Virus record (IMG/VR): IMGVR_UViG_3300003311_000001
Span: 1 to 52,328 of that record
DNA length: 52,328 bases
From: a virus
Direction: 5' to 3' (one strand)
The notes below the pieces were generated by a model. It saw nothing but the letters and a program-made list of their open reading frames with translations. It searched no databases and was not told where the DNA came from. Shown in pieces: positions 8,272 to 16,801 of this stretch (within the stretch, counting starts at the first letter, position 1; each line of letters begins with the position of its first letter). A program made the position numbers and the translations under genes.

Positions 8272-8982
8272 CTAAAATAAATTTATAAGGTAAGTGAGTA
8301 ATGCTTTGCCTTTGCCCCATACAGCCATCAAAGTTATCATTATTTCAGTCTTAAATGTGAAACCTATCATGCTTGCAAAGGCGTGTACCCCGAGTCTTAT
8401 TCGCTTGGATACGGCTTTGTTTCTTAGCTTTTCTTCAAGCACCTTTATATTGTCTCGAAGCATTTTATTTTCCTTGGCTTTGTCAAGGATTTTAAGCTGT
8501 AAGTGAGTGTCTGATGTGGCGTTGATGTTTGAACGATAAGTTTGATCTATATCGTCTATACTCGTATCCAGTCCCTCACCATACATAATTTCTTTCAATG
8601 TATCATTGAAAAAATCAAATGACACATAGTTTAAAGGTTTATTGGAAAAGTAAGCCTCCAAATCCGAAACACTATGGTTTGTTGATTCTGACGTAGAGCT
8701 TACGACGAAGTAGCCCTTTATCATTTTCAAGTATTCCGAATATGTTTCTTTGAAAAAGTCTGTTGAAAACATCCTATCCAACATACGAGTATCTTCTACT
8801 ATGTACAAGGATGAAAGTTTATTGATATAGTTGTTTAATGCATGCATGTATGTCTCAAGCATTACATCATCGGTTACATTGTTTGTCCACCTTAGAACGA
8901 ATACACTTACTGGCTTTTGAATCAGGTGAAATTCTACATACGTTTTTTTTTCATCATTTAATAATTCCCCTAAATAAATCAT
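8272..8982 (-). CDS. Hypothetical protein with a C-terminal TM segment
   Basis: 236-aa ORF between the hub and spike genes. No family recognised. Confidence 0.5.
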   Translation of the reverse strand: MIYLGELLNDEKKTYVEFHLIQKPVSVFVLRWTNNVTDDVMLETYMHALNNYINKLSSLYIVEDTRMLDRMFSTDFFKETYSEYLKMIKGYFVVSSTSESTNHSVSDLEAYFSNKPLNYVSFDFFNDTLKEIMYGEGLDTSIDDIDQTYRSNINATSDTHLQLKILDKAKENKMLRDNIKVLEEKLRNKAVSKRIRLGVHAFASMIGFTFKTEIMITLMAVWGKGKALLTYLINLF

Positions 8983-8997
8983 ATTGGTTGTTTGTTT

Positions 8998-10200
8998 TTA
9001 GTTGTCCGTAACTAATCCCGTATCTGGATTGTAATTGCTTATAGATTTTTCTCTTATATTATTTACTCCTGTCAAGCTATTGTCGTCAGTTTTATTGTTT
9101 ATGCTCACATCATCGCTTTTAGATATTTCAATTGGGCTAACATTTACTGACGTATCAGTTGCATTTTTATTTAATGTTATGGATGTGGTTGCGCCACCAG
9201 AGCTACCTTCGTGCCTGATGGTGTCAATGTAGTATGTGCCCTGCCACTGCCCTACTCCCAGTACCGACACAATATCATCAGCAGCTAGAAAAGGAGTTAA
9301 TTCAGTATCTAACGTTGCCACTATAAGCTTACGCGAAGCATTTCTACTTATGGTGTTTAGCTTATTTTGCTTCAGCCTGGTGTCGTATGTTTGTAATCCG
9401 ACTGTCTGCGCAATGGTGTAGTTTGGGTTTACTGCATTCCTGCCAAGGTACGTATCTTTTAGCTTAACTTGCCCAGCATCTTTTACAGCAGTTTGTTTTT
9501 TAGTGACTGGATCATATCCCGATGGCTTAAGCTCGCCATTGCCCATTGTTTTGTTTTGATTGGTTTCATTTACATTTGCCTCAAAAGCGGTTATGTTTGG
9601 GGCAAAACCTCTATAAGCAAATGTTTTCAAGCTTGAATTATCTATGTTTTTAGGCTTGAAGTAAAGTGTTTTGCCACGTATCCAAGAGTCATAAGGTTGA
9701 TCTTCAAGTATTGCCAGCTGTTTTAAAAACCTGTAGTCATTCTCGCTACCTTGTGGAAGGTTTTCGTATATTTTTGTAGTAGGCACAAAGTCTATTTTAA
9801 GACCATTACGAAACGCAATGATTCTTGCTATATCAGAAGCAGTACGGTTTATGAACGGTTCGCCTGAGCCTGTTTTGTCGCCTTTCATGATAGTACCAAA
9901 GTCTCGGCACTTCAATGTATATTTAATTGTGTCTGAAAAAAATGGTTGCAATCCTGAAAGGCGCATAGTTATAAGTTCACTTTGCTCGCCTTTAATGTAC
10001 CCAAAGCGAAACTCAATGGTTTGCCCAAGTTTAAAGGTATCCCTAGTTTGATCAATGGTTAATCCGTTTAGCTGAAAGGTAGCCTCAGAATCCATAGAAA
10101 CCGAGTCCTCAAAGCTAAAAGACTCTGTAAGGTAACTGAACTCAAAGTCAGTTTCTACTATACGTGCCCTCACGAAAAAGGCATTTGAGAATAATTGCAT
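8998..10200 (-). CDS. Baseplate hub / late control gene D-like protein
   Basis: gpD/Mu gp44-like pattern (ASDIARIIA..NGL, NDYRFLKQLA, GTYYIDTIRHE). The ATG at 10200 is preferred over the TTG at 10206. Confidence 0.6.
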   Translation of the reverse strand: MQLFSNAFFVRARIVETDFEFSYLTESFSFEDSVSMDSEATFQLNGLTIDQTRDTFKLGQTIEFRFGYIKGEQSELITMRLSGLQPFFSDTIKYTLKCRDFGTIMKGDKTGSGEPFINRTASDIARIIAFRNGLKIDFVPTTKIYENLPQGSENDYRFLKQLAILEDQPYDSWIRGKTLYFKPKNIDNSSLKTFAYRGFAPNITAFEANVNETNQNKTMGNGELKPSGYDPVTKKQTAVKDAGQVKLKDTYLGRNAVNPNYTIAQTVGLQTYDTRLKQNKLNTISRNASRKLIVATLDTELTPFLAADDIVSVLGVGQWQGTYYIDTIRHEGSSGGATTSITLNKNATDTSVNVSPIEISKSDDVSINNKTDDNSLTGVNNIREKSISNYNPDTGLVTDN

Positions 10201-10218
10201 CCCCAAATTTACGACATA

Positions 10219-10911
10219 TTATTTTGTTGTTTTTTTTAGGTAATTACATGCGCAAAATTTATATCTACATTTCGTACTCCTATACTTAGCCGATTGGCAC
10301 TTGCTTACTTGATCAGATACTTGATTCATCATAAGCCTCCTTTTACGAATAAGCTGCGTTACAATCTCGCTAAGGGTATTATCTATATCGTAGTTTTGAA
10401 TATGGTGGGGCAGGTGCTCATACTTAAGTATGTTAGTGTCGACATATGCTTGGTTTTGCGTGAGCGAGTCGTAAACGTTCTGGTATTTCTCCAAACCATC
10501 GCTGGGCATATTGAAGTATGGGAATGGCACAGGCTTGTATTTATCAATGTGTATTTTTTCACTTGCGCGGTGTTGCCTTGTGTCCCAGTCAGCATGTAGC
10601 TCAAAGAATATTGTTGACTGGTAGAGGCGATTACTAAGCAGCTCCGAGTACCTATAAGAATAACCAGTACATTCCATTATGCAATACGGGTTCTTCTTAG
10701 CAAAATAAAAGAACTTGCCATATGCCCTATCTTCTCCCTCCATTGTACCATCGCCATGAAACTTTCTCATGGCATCTATACTGATTACTCTGTAATCTTG
10801 CTTATCTAGTTGTAAAGACCTGCGTAGTGAATTGATTGATAGTAGTGTTCGTAGGTGTTTTATGATTGTACTTTTGCCTGTGTTTGGCTTGCCCGTTATT
10901 ATTATTTTCAT
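10219..10911 (-). CDS. P-loop NTPase / kinase-like protein
   Basis: Walker A GKPNTGKST sits near the N-terminus once the start is set to ATG 10911. The track start at 10950 lies within the promoter motif. Confidence 0.6.
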   Translation of the reverse strand: MKIIITGKPNTGKSTIIKHLRTLLSINSLRRSLQLDKQDYRVISIDAMRKFHGDGTMEGEDRAYGKFFYFAKKNPYCIMECTGYSYRYSELLSNRLYQSTIFFELHADWDTRQHRASEKIHIDKYKPVPFPYFNMPSDGLEKYQNVYDSLTQNQAYVDTNILKYEHLPHHIQNYDIDNTLSEIVTQLIRKRRLMMNQVSDQVSKCQSAKYRSTKCRYKFCACNYLKKTTK

Positions 10912-10931
10912 CCCTCTTAATTCAAATGGTT

Positions 10932-10947
10932 TATGCAAATGTACATA
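10932..10947 (-). promoter_or_regulatory. Promoter motif copy tatgtacatttgcata (15/16 match)
   Basis: The reverse complement of 10932..10947 contains TACATTTG. It lies 21 nt upstream of the ATG at 10911. Confidence 0.55.
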
Positions 10948-10950
10948 CAT

Positions 10951-10980
10951 AAAAAAACACTTGCAATAAATTGCAAGTGT
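10951..10980 (-). terminator. Intrinsic terminator after 11009..11584
   Basis: acacttgcaa pairs with ttgcaagtgt (10-bp perfect stem, 4-nt loop). A T7 run follows on the minus strand. Confidence 0.75.
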
Positions 10981-11008
10981 TGGTACTTATGGGCAAAATG
11001 TCCAAAGG

Positions 11009-11584
11009 TTATTTTTTGAGTTTACTTTGCATGTATATTGGCTCAAAAAAATCTGCAACAATATTAGCCAGATCATCCATTTCTAAACAGTCCTTTTGTA
11101 TTAGAATAGGGGTTTTTGGCAATGTTAATTTATTTGTATACTCCTCAATGCCTTCAATATCTTTTACAAGATGTGGGTCTTTGGTGTTGATGGTAAATTC
11201 TAGCTGCCTTTTTACCTGATTTTTGCAAATTCGATTATTCATGACAGGTTCATTCCCATCATGTGAGTTATCAATGCCAAATGTCGTATCCAATTCATAA
11301 CCTTGCTTTACCAAAACAACCGTTATATCGTATCTTAATTCACTCTCTGGGTATACCGAATTAAACGGCTTAAGAATTTCATCCGATGGCTCAAAATTAA
11401 ATGATTCTATGTTGATATTTTTTGATGGCAGATCATCTATTAGTTTGATAAACTGCTTGTGCTTACTTGTAGCAAAATGCTTAAGTATGTTTAATGAATC
11501 TTGTGTCGCGTTGCTTTGATCGCCTCTGTTTGGGTTATACATTGTTCTTTGTTTAATGTTATGAATAAAATTACCTATGGACAT
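11009..11584 (-). CDS. Hypothetical protein
   Basis: ORF with an ATG at 11584 (the track used the GTG at 11593). No family recognised. Confidence 0.5.
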   Translation of the reverse strand: MSIGNFIHNIKQRTMYNPNRGDQSNATQDSLNILKHFATSKHKQFIKLIDDLPSKNINIESFNFEPSDEILKPFNSVYPESELRYDITVVLVKQGYELDTTFGIDNSHDGNEPVMNNRICKNQVKRQLEFTINTKDPHLVKDIEGIEEYTNKLTLPKTPILIQKDCLEMDDLANIVADFFEPIYMQSKLKK

Positions 11585-11608
11585 TTTGCCCACAAGTTTT
11601 TATGTTTG

Positions 11609-11761
11609 TTAGTCCTCCATGTTGAATATGGAGTCTTGGTATGATTCATAGCATCTGTCACACATCTTAGCAGGTGCTTCTCTTTTATCTTGTTCTTCAG
11701 CTGATACTTCAAATGTTTCTTCGCAACTGAAACATTTTATCTTTTCTGATTTGTCGTTCAT
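11609..11761 (-). CDS. 50-aa zinc-ribbon mini-protein (CxxC...CxxC), below the ORF-track cutoff
   Basis: Hand translation gives MNDKSEKIKCFSCEETFEVSAEEQDKREAPAKMCDRCYESYQDSIFNMED. It is preceded by the leader motif AACCTTTTAAAT (11770..11781). Confidence 0.45.
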   Translation of the reverse strand: MNDKSEKIKCFSCEETFEVSAEEQDKREAPAKMCDRCYESYQDSIFNMED

Positions 11762-11797
11762 CTTGTTTTATTTAAAAGGTTAAAATTTGATGCATAG

Positions 11798-12907
11798 TTA
11801 ATTAGCCTCTACTTGTATAAGTCCCTTGTTTGCCAATAGTGGGGCAAGCCTGTTTTTGATGTGAGACAACGTACCAGTCGAATAACCTTTGTTAGCGCAC
11901 ATCTTGTTAAGGGTGTTTACTGGATTGCCATTTACAAGCAATGGTATCATTGCTTCAGCTAGTTCTTTCTTACCTTCGACGTTTAAGCCGTTTTCAAAAT
12001 ATTGTTTGGTCTTTGCGTCAGCTTCTTTCAATAGTATTTCTAGTGTAACTATCTGGTTTCCAATAGTTACACGATTTATTATATTTGTTACATTGTTGCT
12101 CACAATACTAGTAACAAAAGAAAATTTTGCAAATGGGTTGGTTATTTTAAATCTAAGAGGTTTTGTGGCAATAGTAAAATATATCATAAACACTTGCATA
12201 AGTATAGATATGATTGCCATAATGTCTCCGTTTGCCTCATCTTGATTTAGCCTATCGACTTTTATTGACTCGTTTTTACTAACAAACATTCTTACCTTGG
12301 GCATAATGTATGATGTGTCTCGTGAATACTTCATTGAATAATCTCCCTGTATATCGCTCAATCTTTTATTTTTCAACTTGCTTTGCTCATCAATCTTTGC
12401 TTGGTAATAAGCAGATGCTTTTGGGTAGCTTTGGATCATCTGTGTGTATACTTTAGTTGAGATAATAAAGTCTGATTCAGCCTTTAATTTTTCAGCTTCA
12501 TAGGTGTTTTTGTGTGCCAATAATCTAGTGTTTAATTCACTCTCTAAGCTGTCTACATTGTATAGGCTTGTCTTTATATCTCGGTCATAAAAAGGCGTTT
12601 TATATGAGCCGTAGTAAGTAGCTGTGATGCTTGCGCCACCTGCCATTATAAGCCCGAACACCACTAGACCAAGCCCTTTTGATGATTTGTATTTTATTCC
12701 GTCGATCAATCCCCTCAATGCATCAGAGTATACCTTTTCAATTATCAATAATAAGGTTATGCAGAGCCCTATTATTAGCCATTGGTTTTTGTCAGCCCAC
12801 GTTTTGTTAAACCAACCCGTGATCGGCTTAATTGCTGCGAAATAGCCGATGTATGCCGATATAATGTGTAACAATAATTTACTGAATAGATAAAATAGAT
12901 TCTTCAT
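11798..12907 (-). CDS. Multi-pass membrane protein with a C-terminal HTH-like tail
   Basis: Several hydrophobic helices. The C-terminal segment (GYSTGTLSHIKNRL) looks HTH-like. ATG 12907 is preferred. Confidence 0.5.
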   Translation of the reverse strand: MKNLFYLFSKLLLHIISAYIGYFAAIKPITGWFNKTWADKNQWLIIGLCITLLLIIEKVYSDALRGLIDGIKYKSSKGLGLVVFGLIMAGGASITATYYGSYKTPFYDRDIKTSLYNVDSLESELNTRLLAHKNTYEAEKLKAESDFIISTKVYTQMIQSYPKASAYYQAKIDEQSKLKNKRLSDIQGDYSMKYSRDTSYIMPKVRMFVSKNESIKVDRLNQDEANGDIMAIISILMQVFMIYFTIATKPLRFKITNPFAKFSFVTSIVSNNVTNIINRVTIGNQIVTLEILLKEADAKTKQYFENGLNVEGKKELAEAMIPLLVNGNPVNTLNKMCANKGYSTGTLSHIKNRLAPLLANKGLIQVEAN

Positions 12908-12923
12908 TTTGTGCAATTTTTAG

Positions 12924-13337
12924 TTATGAATATTTTAAATCTGTGTTAAACAAATCATTTATAAATGCTGTACAATTGTTGATGTAGTTTCTAAACTCTT
13001 GCTGGCTAAGGTTGGATGTGCTTATGCGTGTTTGCTTTACCTCTACCCCATCAGTGGTAATAGTTATTTCTTCCTTTATGTTAAACTTACTTGATAAAAA
13101 CTTGTGCCCTTCTAGGTAAGTTATTGCAGGGTAGGTATTATCATTATGGCACTGTACAAAGGTCTTTACAACAACACCCCAATAGTACTTATTAAAATCT
13201 TTGCTTCTTACGTCTCCCGTTTTTTTTATCTCAATGCTGTATTTGCCATCGGTGATAAAATCACCTTTTAGAATTGCCATAAGCACGTCTATACCATCTA
13301 CTATATCACCTCTCTTGTTTATTTCAAACTGCATCAT
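12924..13337 (-). CDS. NinB/Orf-like recombination mediator (tentative)
   Basis: The pattern RS..FNKYYWGVV...H.FL...F...STS.LSQQEF.NYI resembles lambda NinB-type proteins. Confidence 0.35.
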   Translation of the reverse strand: MMQFEINKRGDIVDGIDVLMAILKGDFITDGKYSIEIKKTGDVRSKDFNKYYWGVVVKTFVQCHNDNTYPAITYLEGHKFLSSKFNIKEEITITTDGVEVKQTRISTSNLSQQEFRNYINNCTAFINDLFNTDLKYS

Positions 13338-13695
13338 TTGTTCGGTTAAAGTGTTGCTGTGTTTTTTCTAGTTCACATATTGGACAGGTATTGAAGCCTT
13401 CAATTCTACCGTGCTTTACACACCAAGTAATAGAGCCAGTACCATCATCTTGTACCCCTACCCTACTACTAGGGTTCTCCCTTTTTTGCCCACTGGGGGC
13501 ATCGTCAGGGGTGGGGGTAGTGGGGGGTGGGGGCTTACTGCTATTAAACCATTGCCTTAATCTTGCCCGTATTGCTTGGGATAGCCTGCCAAGACTCAGG
13601 TATAAACCCATCAGCACCATAACCCTGTATGTGTTGATGGCAATTGCCACAATGCAAAACAAGATGACAACCATATTTTTAAACCATTCAATCAT
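13324..13695 (-). CDS. TM protein with a Pro-rich linker and a C-terminal zinc-ribbon-like motif
   Basis: N-terminal TM helix, then KPPPPTTPTPDD, then CVKHG...CPICE. Confidence 0.5.
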   Translation of the reverse strand: MIEWFKNMVVILFCIVAIAINTYRVMVLMGLYLSLGRLSQAIRARLRQWFNSSKPPPPTTPTPDDAPSGQKRENPSSRVGVQDDGTGSITWCVKHGRIEGFNTCPICELEKTQQHFNRTNDAV

Positions 13696-13737
13696 TATTA
13701 GTGTAGGTTAAAGTATTACTTTAAGTGTTTTTATTTA

Positions 13738-13753
13738 CGTGCAAATATACATC
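13738..13753 (-). promoter_or_regulatory. Promoter motif copy (gatgtatatttgcacg) for the leftward operon
   Basis: The reverse complement contains TATATTTG. It lies about 45 nt upstream of the ATG at 13695. Confidence 0.55.
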
Positions 13754-13812
13754 AAATATTTGTATTATGAAAAATAAGTATTACTTTTGTGTATAAACAT
13801 ATCATTTTTGAC

Positions 13813-14298
13813 ATGACAGAAAAACAGAAAACAGACCTCAAAAATTTTATTTTTGAGATTGAGCAAAATATTTTTATTGAACGGTCAAAGATACCTGAGA
13901 GCTTTCAACACGAATTGGGTAGCCTATCTGATGGCTACTCAAGCCACACAGGTAGGAAGTTAGATTTTTACGGACGTTTCGTGTTTGATCAAGAGCTATC
14001 AGACATTGAGAAACTGTTTATACGTGTAAACGATGCGATGACAGATGAGGGGCTAAGGACATTCCTACCAGAACTAAGAAAAACAATAGTTTCTACTGTA
14101 CTGAATAACGTATCAACCGTTGCAGAATTTAAGCAACAGTTTGGGGCGCCACATGCGTCCGTTTATAGATTCTTTAACAGAAACAGGGAGTCCATAAGGA
14201 CAAGAAAATTAAATAATGGCAAGGGCATTGAGTTAGTTTACAAGCCTGATTTTGAAAGAACATGGAACCAGAAAAAAAAGTCGACCAGTACATACTAG
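13813..14298 (+). CDS. HTH DNA-binding protein (early regulator candidate)
   Basis: First gene of the rightward early block. The C-terminal segment VSTVAEFKQQFGAPHASVYRFF is HTH-like. The start is set to the ATG at 13813. Confidence 0.45.
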   Translation: MTEKQKTDLKNFIFEIEQNIFIERSKIPESFQHELGSLSDGYSSHTGRKLDFYGRFVFDQELSDIEKLFIRVNDAMTDEGLRTFLPELRKTIVSTVLNNVSTVAEFKQQFGAPHASVYRFFNRNRESIRTRKLNNGKGIELVYKPDFERTWNQKKKSTSTY

Positions 14299-14492
14299 TG
14301 GAGTGCAATGGGCTAAAGACTTTAGTCCACAAGGATGTTATTGCCAAAGCCAATATAGAGGTGAATGGCAATGTTTTAAAGATGTACAACCATCAAACTT
14401 TTTTTGATCTGATAGCTTTTAATACATCTTACTTAAATATTCTTTCTGCCAAGAAAAGACATTTTAACTTTTTTAATATATCCGAAAATTGA
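14262..14492 (+). CDS. Hypothetical protein
   Basis: 76-aa ORF that overlaps the upstream gene by 37 nt. Confidence 0.35.
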   Translation: MEPEKKVDQYILVECNGLKTLVHKDVIAKANIEVNGNVLKMYNHQTFFDLIAFNTSYLNILSAKKRHFNFFNISEN

Positions 14493-14515
14493 GACACTTA
14501 GTTATAAACAAAAGT

Positions 14516-14791
14516 ATGATAGTAGCTTCGCTGTCAGATGGCGAATCACTTACTTATGACCTTGGCAAAAACCAAGCATACATTGTACGTAGCAATGGAG
14601 AAATTGAGACGGTGTACGATGTATACGAGGTTCAAGTCTATGTAATGGTAATGGAGTTTACAGCCCCCAGCTTAAAGCGTATAATGGTGAGGTTTGATGA
14701 TGTTGAAACTTGCAATAAAGTGCTAAACAAGATAAAGCAGTTTTTTGATAACGGAGCAAAAGAAATCAATGAAGAAGTACTTACATTTTAA
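14516..14791 (+). CDS. Hypothetical protein
   Basis: ORF; an alternative TTG start at 14489 overlaps the upstream stop codon. Confidence 0.5.
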   Translation: MIVASLSDGESLTYDLGKNQAYIVRSNGEIETVYDVYEVQVYVMVMEFTAPSLKRIMVRFDDVETCNKVLNKIKQFFDNGAKEINEEVLTF

Positions 14792-14800
14792 GAGTTGAAT

Positions 14801-15217
14801 ATGGAAGCGGTAGAACAACAAAATATAGACAACCTCTCAAAGTCAAACGATTGGTCAAACGTAACACTTGCGTTTTACATAATGAAGGGCAAAGGCAAAA
14901 CCTATCTTGATTGCATCGCTAGGTTTTTTTACCTGATAGACCATGAATTTAATTTTAATGAAATTAGCGGCTCATATAAACCTTGTTTTATAGAAGGTGT
15001 AAAAAACAACACCTATCGTTTTAAAAAGGTAGATTTAGGATTGCATTACCACAGATATGGAGAAAAAGATACACTTGGAATTTTGGTAATCGATAACACA
15101 ATGCATGGTCAAGAAATATTATACGAAGAGTTTGATATAAATTTATTTGACGATTACTTTCCTATCATTCATCAAATAATGGGTGAATACAATTCAAAAT
15201 TTCCAATTACATTTTAA
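14801..15217 (+). CDS. Hypothetical protein
   Basis: ORF with an ATG at 14801. Confidence 0.5.
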   Translation: MEAVEQQNIDNLSKSNDWSNVTLAFYIMKGKGKTYLDCIARFFYLIDHEFNFNEISGSYKPCFIEGVKNNTYRFKKVDLGLHYHRYGEKDTLGILVIDNTMHGQEILYEEFDINLFDDYFPIIHQIMGEYNSKFPITF

Positions 15218-15238
15218 CAACTAAATTCATAACAAGCA

Positions 15239-15829
15239 ATGAAAAAATACACTCGAGTAAATTTTGATAGGCACCAGCATAAAAGAGAGGTGTTTAAATC
15301 AGATGATGGCAATACCATTACAGTAGATCGCTTGCAAATAGATGATTCGTCTACCTATTGTATAAGATTTACAAATACAAGGAATAGTTTGTTTGTAGAT
15401 GGTGATTACAGCAGGTGGACATTTTGCCGACCGTTTATGCCTTCTGATGAAATGGAAGAAATTTCAGAACATTACTTTGTTGAAAAAGCAGTGATCGGTA
15501 CTACACAAAATGTTCAAGAGTATAGTGCTGAAGAGACTAGAAAAAGCTTGAACAATTTACTGTTTGAGGTAGAGCATTGGGGACTTGATCCCGATCAAGT
15601 AGATGATTCAAAAAAGGTAATCAAAGAATTAATTGAGGTTTCGGGAGACGTACAAACATACTTAGCAACTAGAGATTACACCGATATTTCTCCTTTGAAT
15701 ATGGATGACTTGCCATTGGAATATAGTACTTGCTACCACCTACTCGTGGTACTTGATGCTTATCATGAAATTTGCAAAAGGCTTAAACTGAAAAATGATG
15801 ATGAAAATACCTCAGATAAAAATAAATAG
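15239..15829 (+). CDS. Hypothetical protein
   Basis: ORF preceded by the leader motif TTCATAAC (15226..15233). Confidence 0.55.
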   Translation: MKKYTRVNFDRHQHKREVFKSDDGNTITVDRLQIDDSSTYCIRFTNTRNSLFVDGDYSRWTFCRPFMPSDEMEEISEHYFVEKAVIGTTQNVQEYSAEETRKSLNNLLFEVEHWGLDPDQVDDSKKVIKELIEVSGDVQTYLATRDYTDISPLNMDDLPLEYSTCYHLLVVLDAYHEICKRLKLKNDDENTSDKNK

Positions 15830-16256
15830 CGATTGCCCAAAGCCACCAGCCGAAGAACTTGACAAGCTAAGGGCTTTAATAGCCAGCGGTGAGCCTGTAA
15901 ACGTACAACTGAGCATACAAATATTGTCAGGGATGATGGTAGGCGAAAAAGAAGCCCTACAACTTATATTTGAAAACATAGATGGGCAGCTTTATGAGCT
16001 ACATACATTTGGCGAACATTGCAACAACACCGATTTGAATTTTGCCGTTAGCTTTGAGTATAAAAATTTGCGCTACACAATTGAGCGAATGGGAGTAAGC
16101 ATTGAAAGATTGTATTACATAGAAATACAAACAATTGATTTCAATTTGCCTCCGTACTATTTTGCTAGATCACATAGCAATGTAGACGGCGTAATCACTG
16201 TCACAAACATACTTAAGGAATTTATAAACGACACATACGATGAAATTTACAAATAA
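15795..16256 (+). CDS. Hypothetical protein
   Basis: 153-aa ORF. Confidence 0.5.
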   Translation: MMMKIPQIKINSDCPKPPAEELDKLRALIASGEPVNVQLSIQILSGMMVGEKEALQLIFENIDGQLYELHTFGEHCNNTDLNFAVSFEYKNLRYTIERMGVSIERLYYIEIQTIDFNLPPYYFARSHSNVDGVITVTNILKEFINDTYDEIYK

Positions 16257-16402
16257 CGATATTATTGAAATACCAATTGCATACTTTGACATTTGTAACT
16301 TAACAATCAATAAGGCTGGCACTTACGATGTATGAGGTCAGATAATTACTGTAACTGAAAAGGAGTTGCCATTTAAAATAAGACTAGAAAGGAACAAGCC
16401 AA

Positions 16403-16597
16403 ATGAAACAAAGAAGAAAATCATTATTAGAACAAACGATGGAAAGGCTGAAGCCTGATGTACTGTATAGTAAGTACTCGGTGACATTTCAAGGGGCAGG
16501 CAAAACCAGTGTGTTTGATGAGCTGGTTAAACGGGGTATTCTTATACTTGCCTGCAAATTGACAGATGAATATTTGCTATCAGGGCATTGCAATTGA
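16403..16597 (+). CDS. Small hypothetical protein
   Basis: 64-aa ORF with plausible composition. Confidence 0.4.
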   Translation: MKQRRKSLLEQTMERLKPDVLYSKYSVTFQGAGKTSVFDELVKRGILILACKLTDEYLLSGHCN

Positions 16598-16801
16598 TAC
16601 AAAAATCTGTATTTTTACAAAAACAAATAGCCGTGGCTATTGGGTAACCACGGCTATTAAACCTTTTAAATTAAAAACTTTGGGCATTGGGCGCCCATAA
16701 ACACAACGCAAATTAAGCATTTTTTGTTTGAATTAACAAACAACCTCCTTTCTTTTTGTTGCTGTTGCGTGCCCTCCCTAATAACTTAACTTGATGGAAT
16801 T

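Noticed and set aside
16240-16458. A second ORF interrupted by TGA (MKFTNNDIIEIPIAYFDICNLTINKAGTYDV-TGA-GQIITVTEKELPFKIRLERNKP...)
   Set aside because: The part after the TGA overlaps the better-formed ORF 16403..16597 in another frame and ends in another TGA. This is probably chance, or at most a 31-aa micro-ORF (16240..16335). There is not enough evidence to annotate it.
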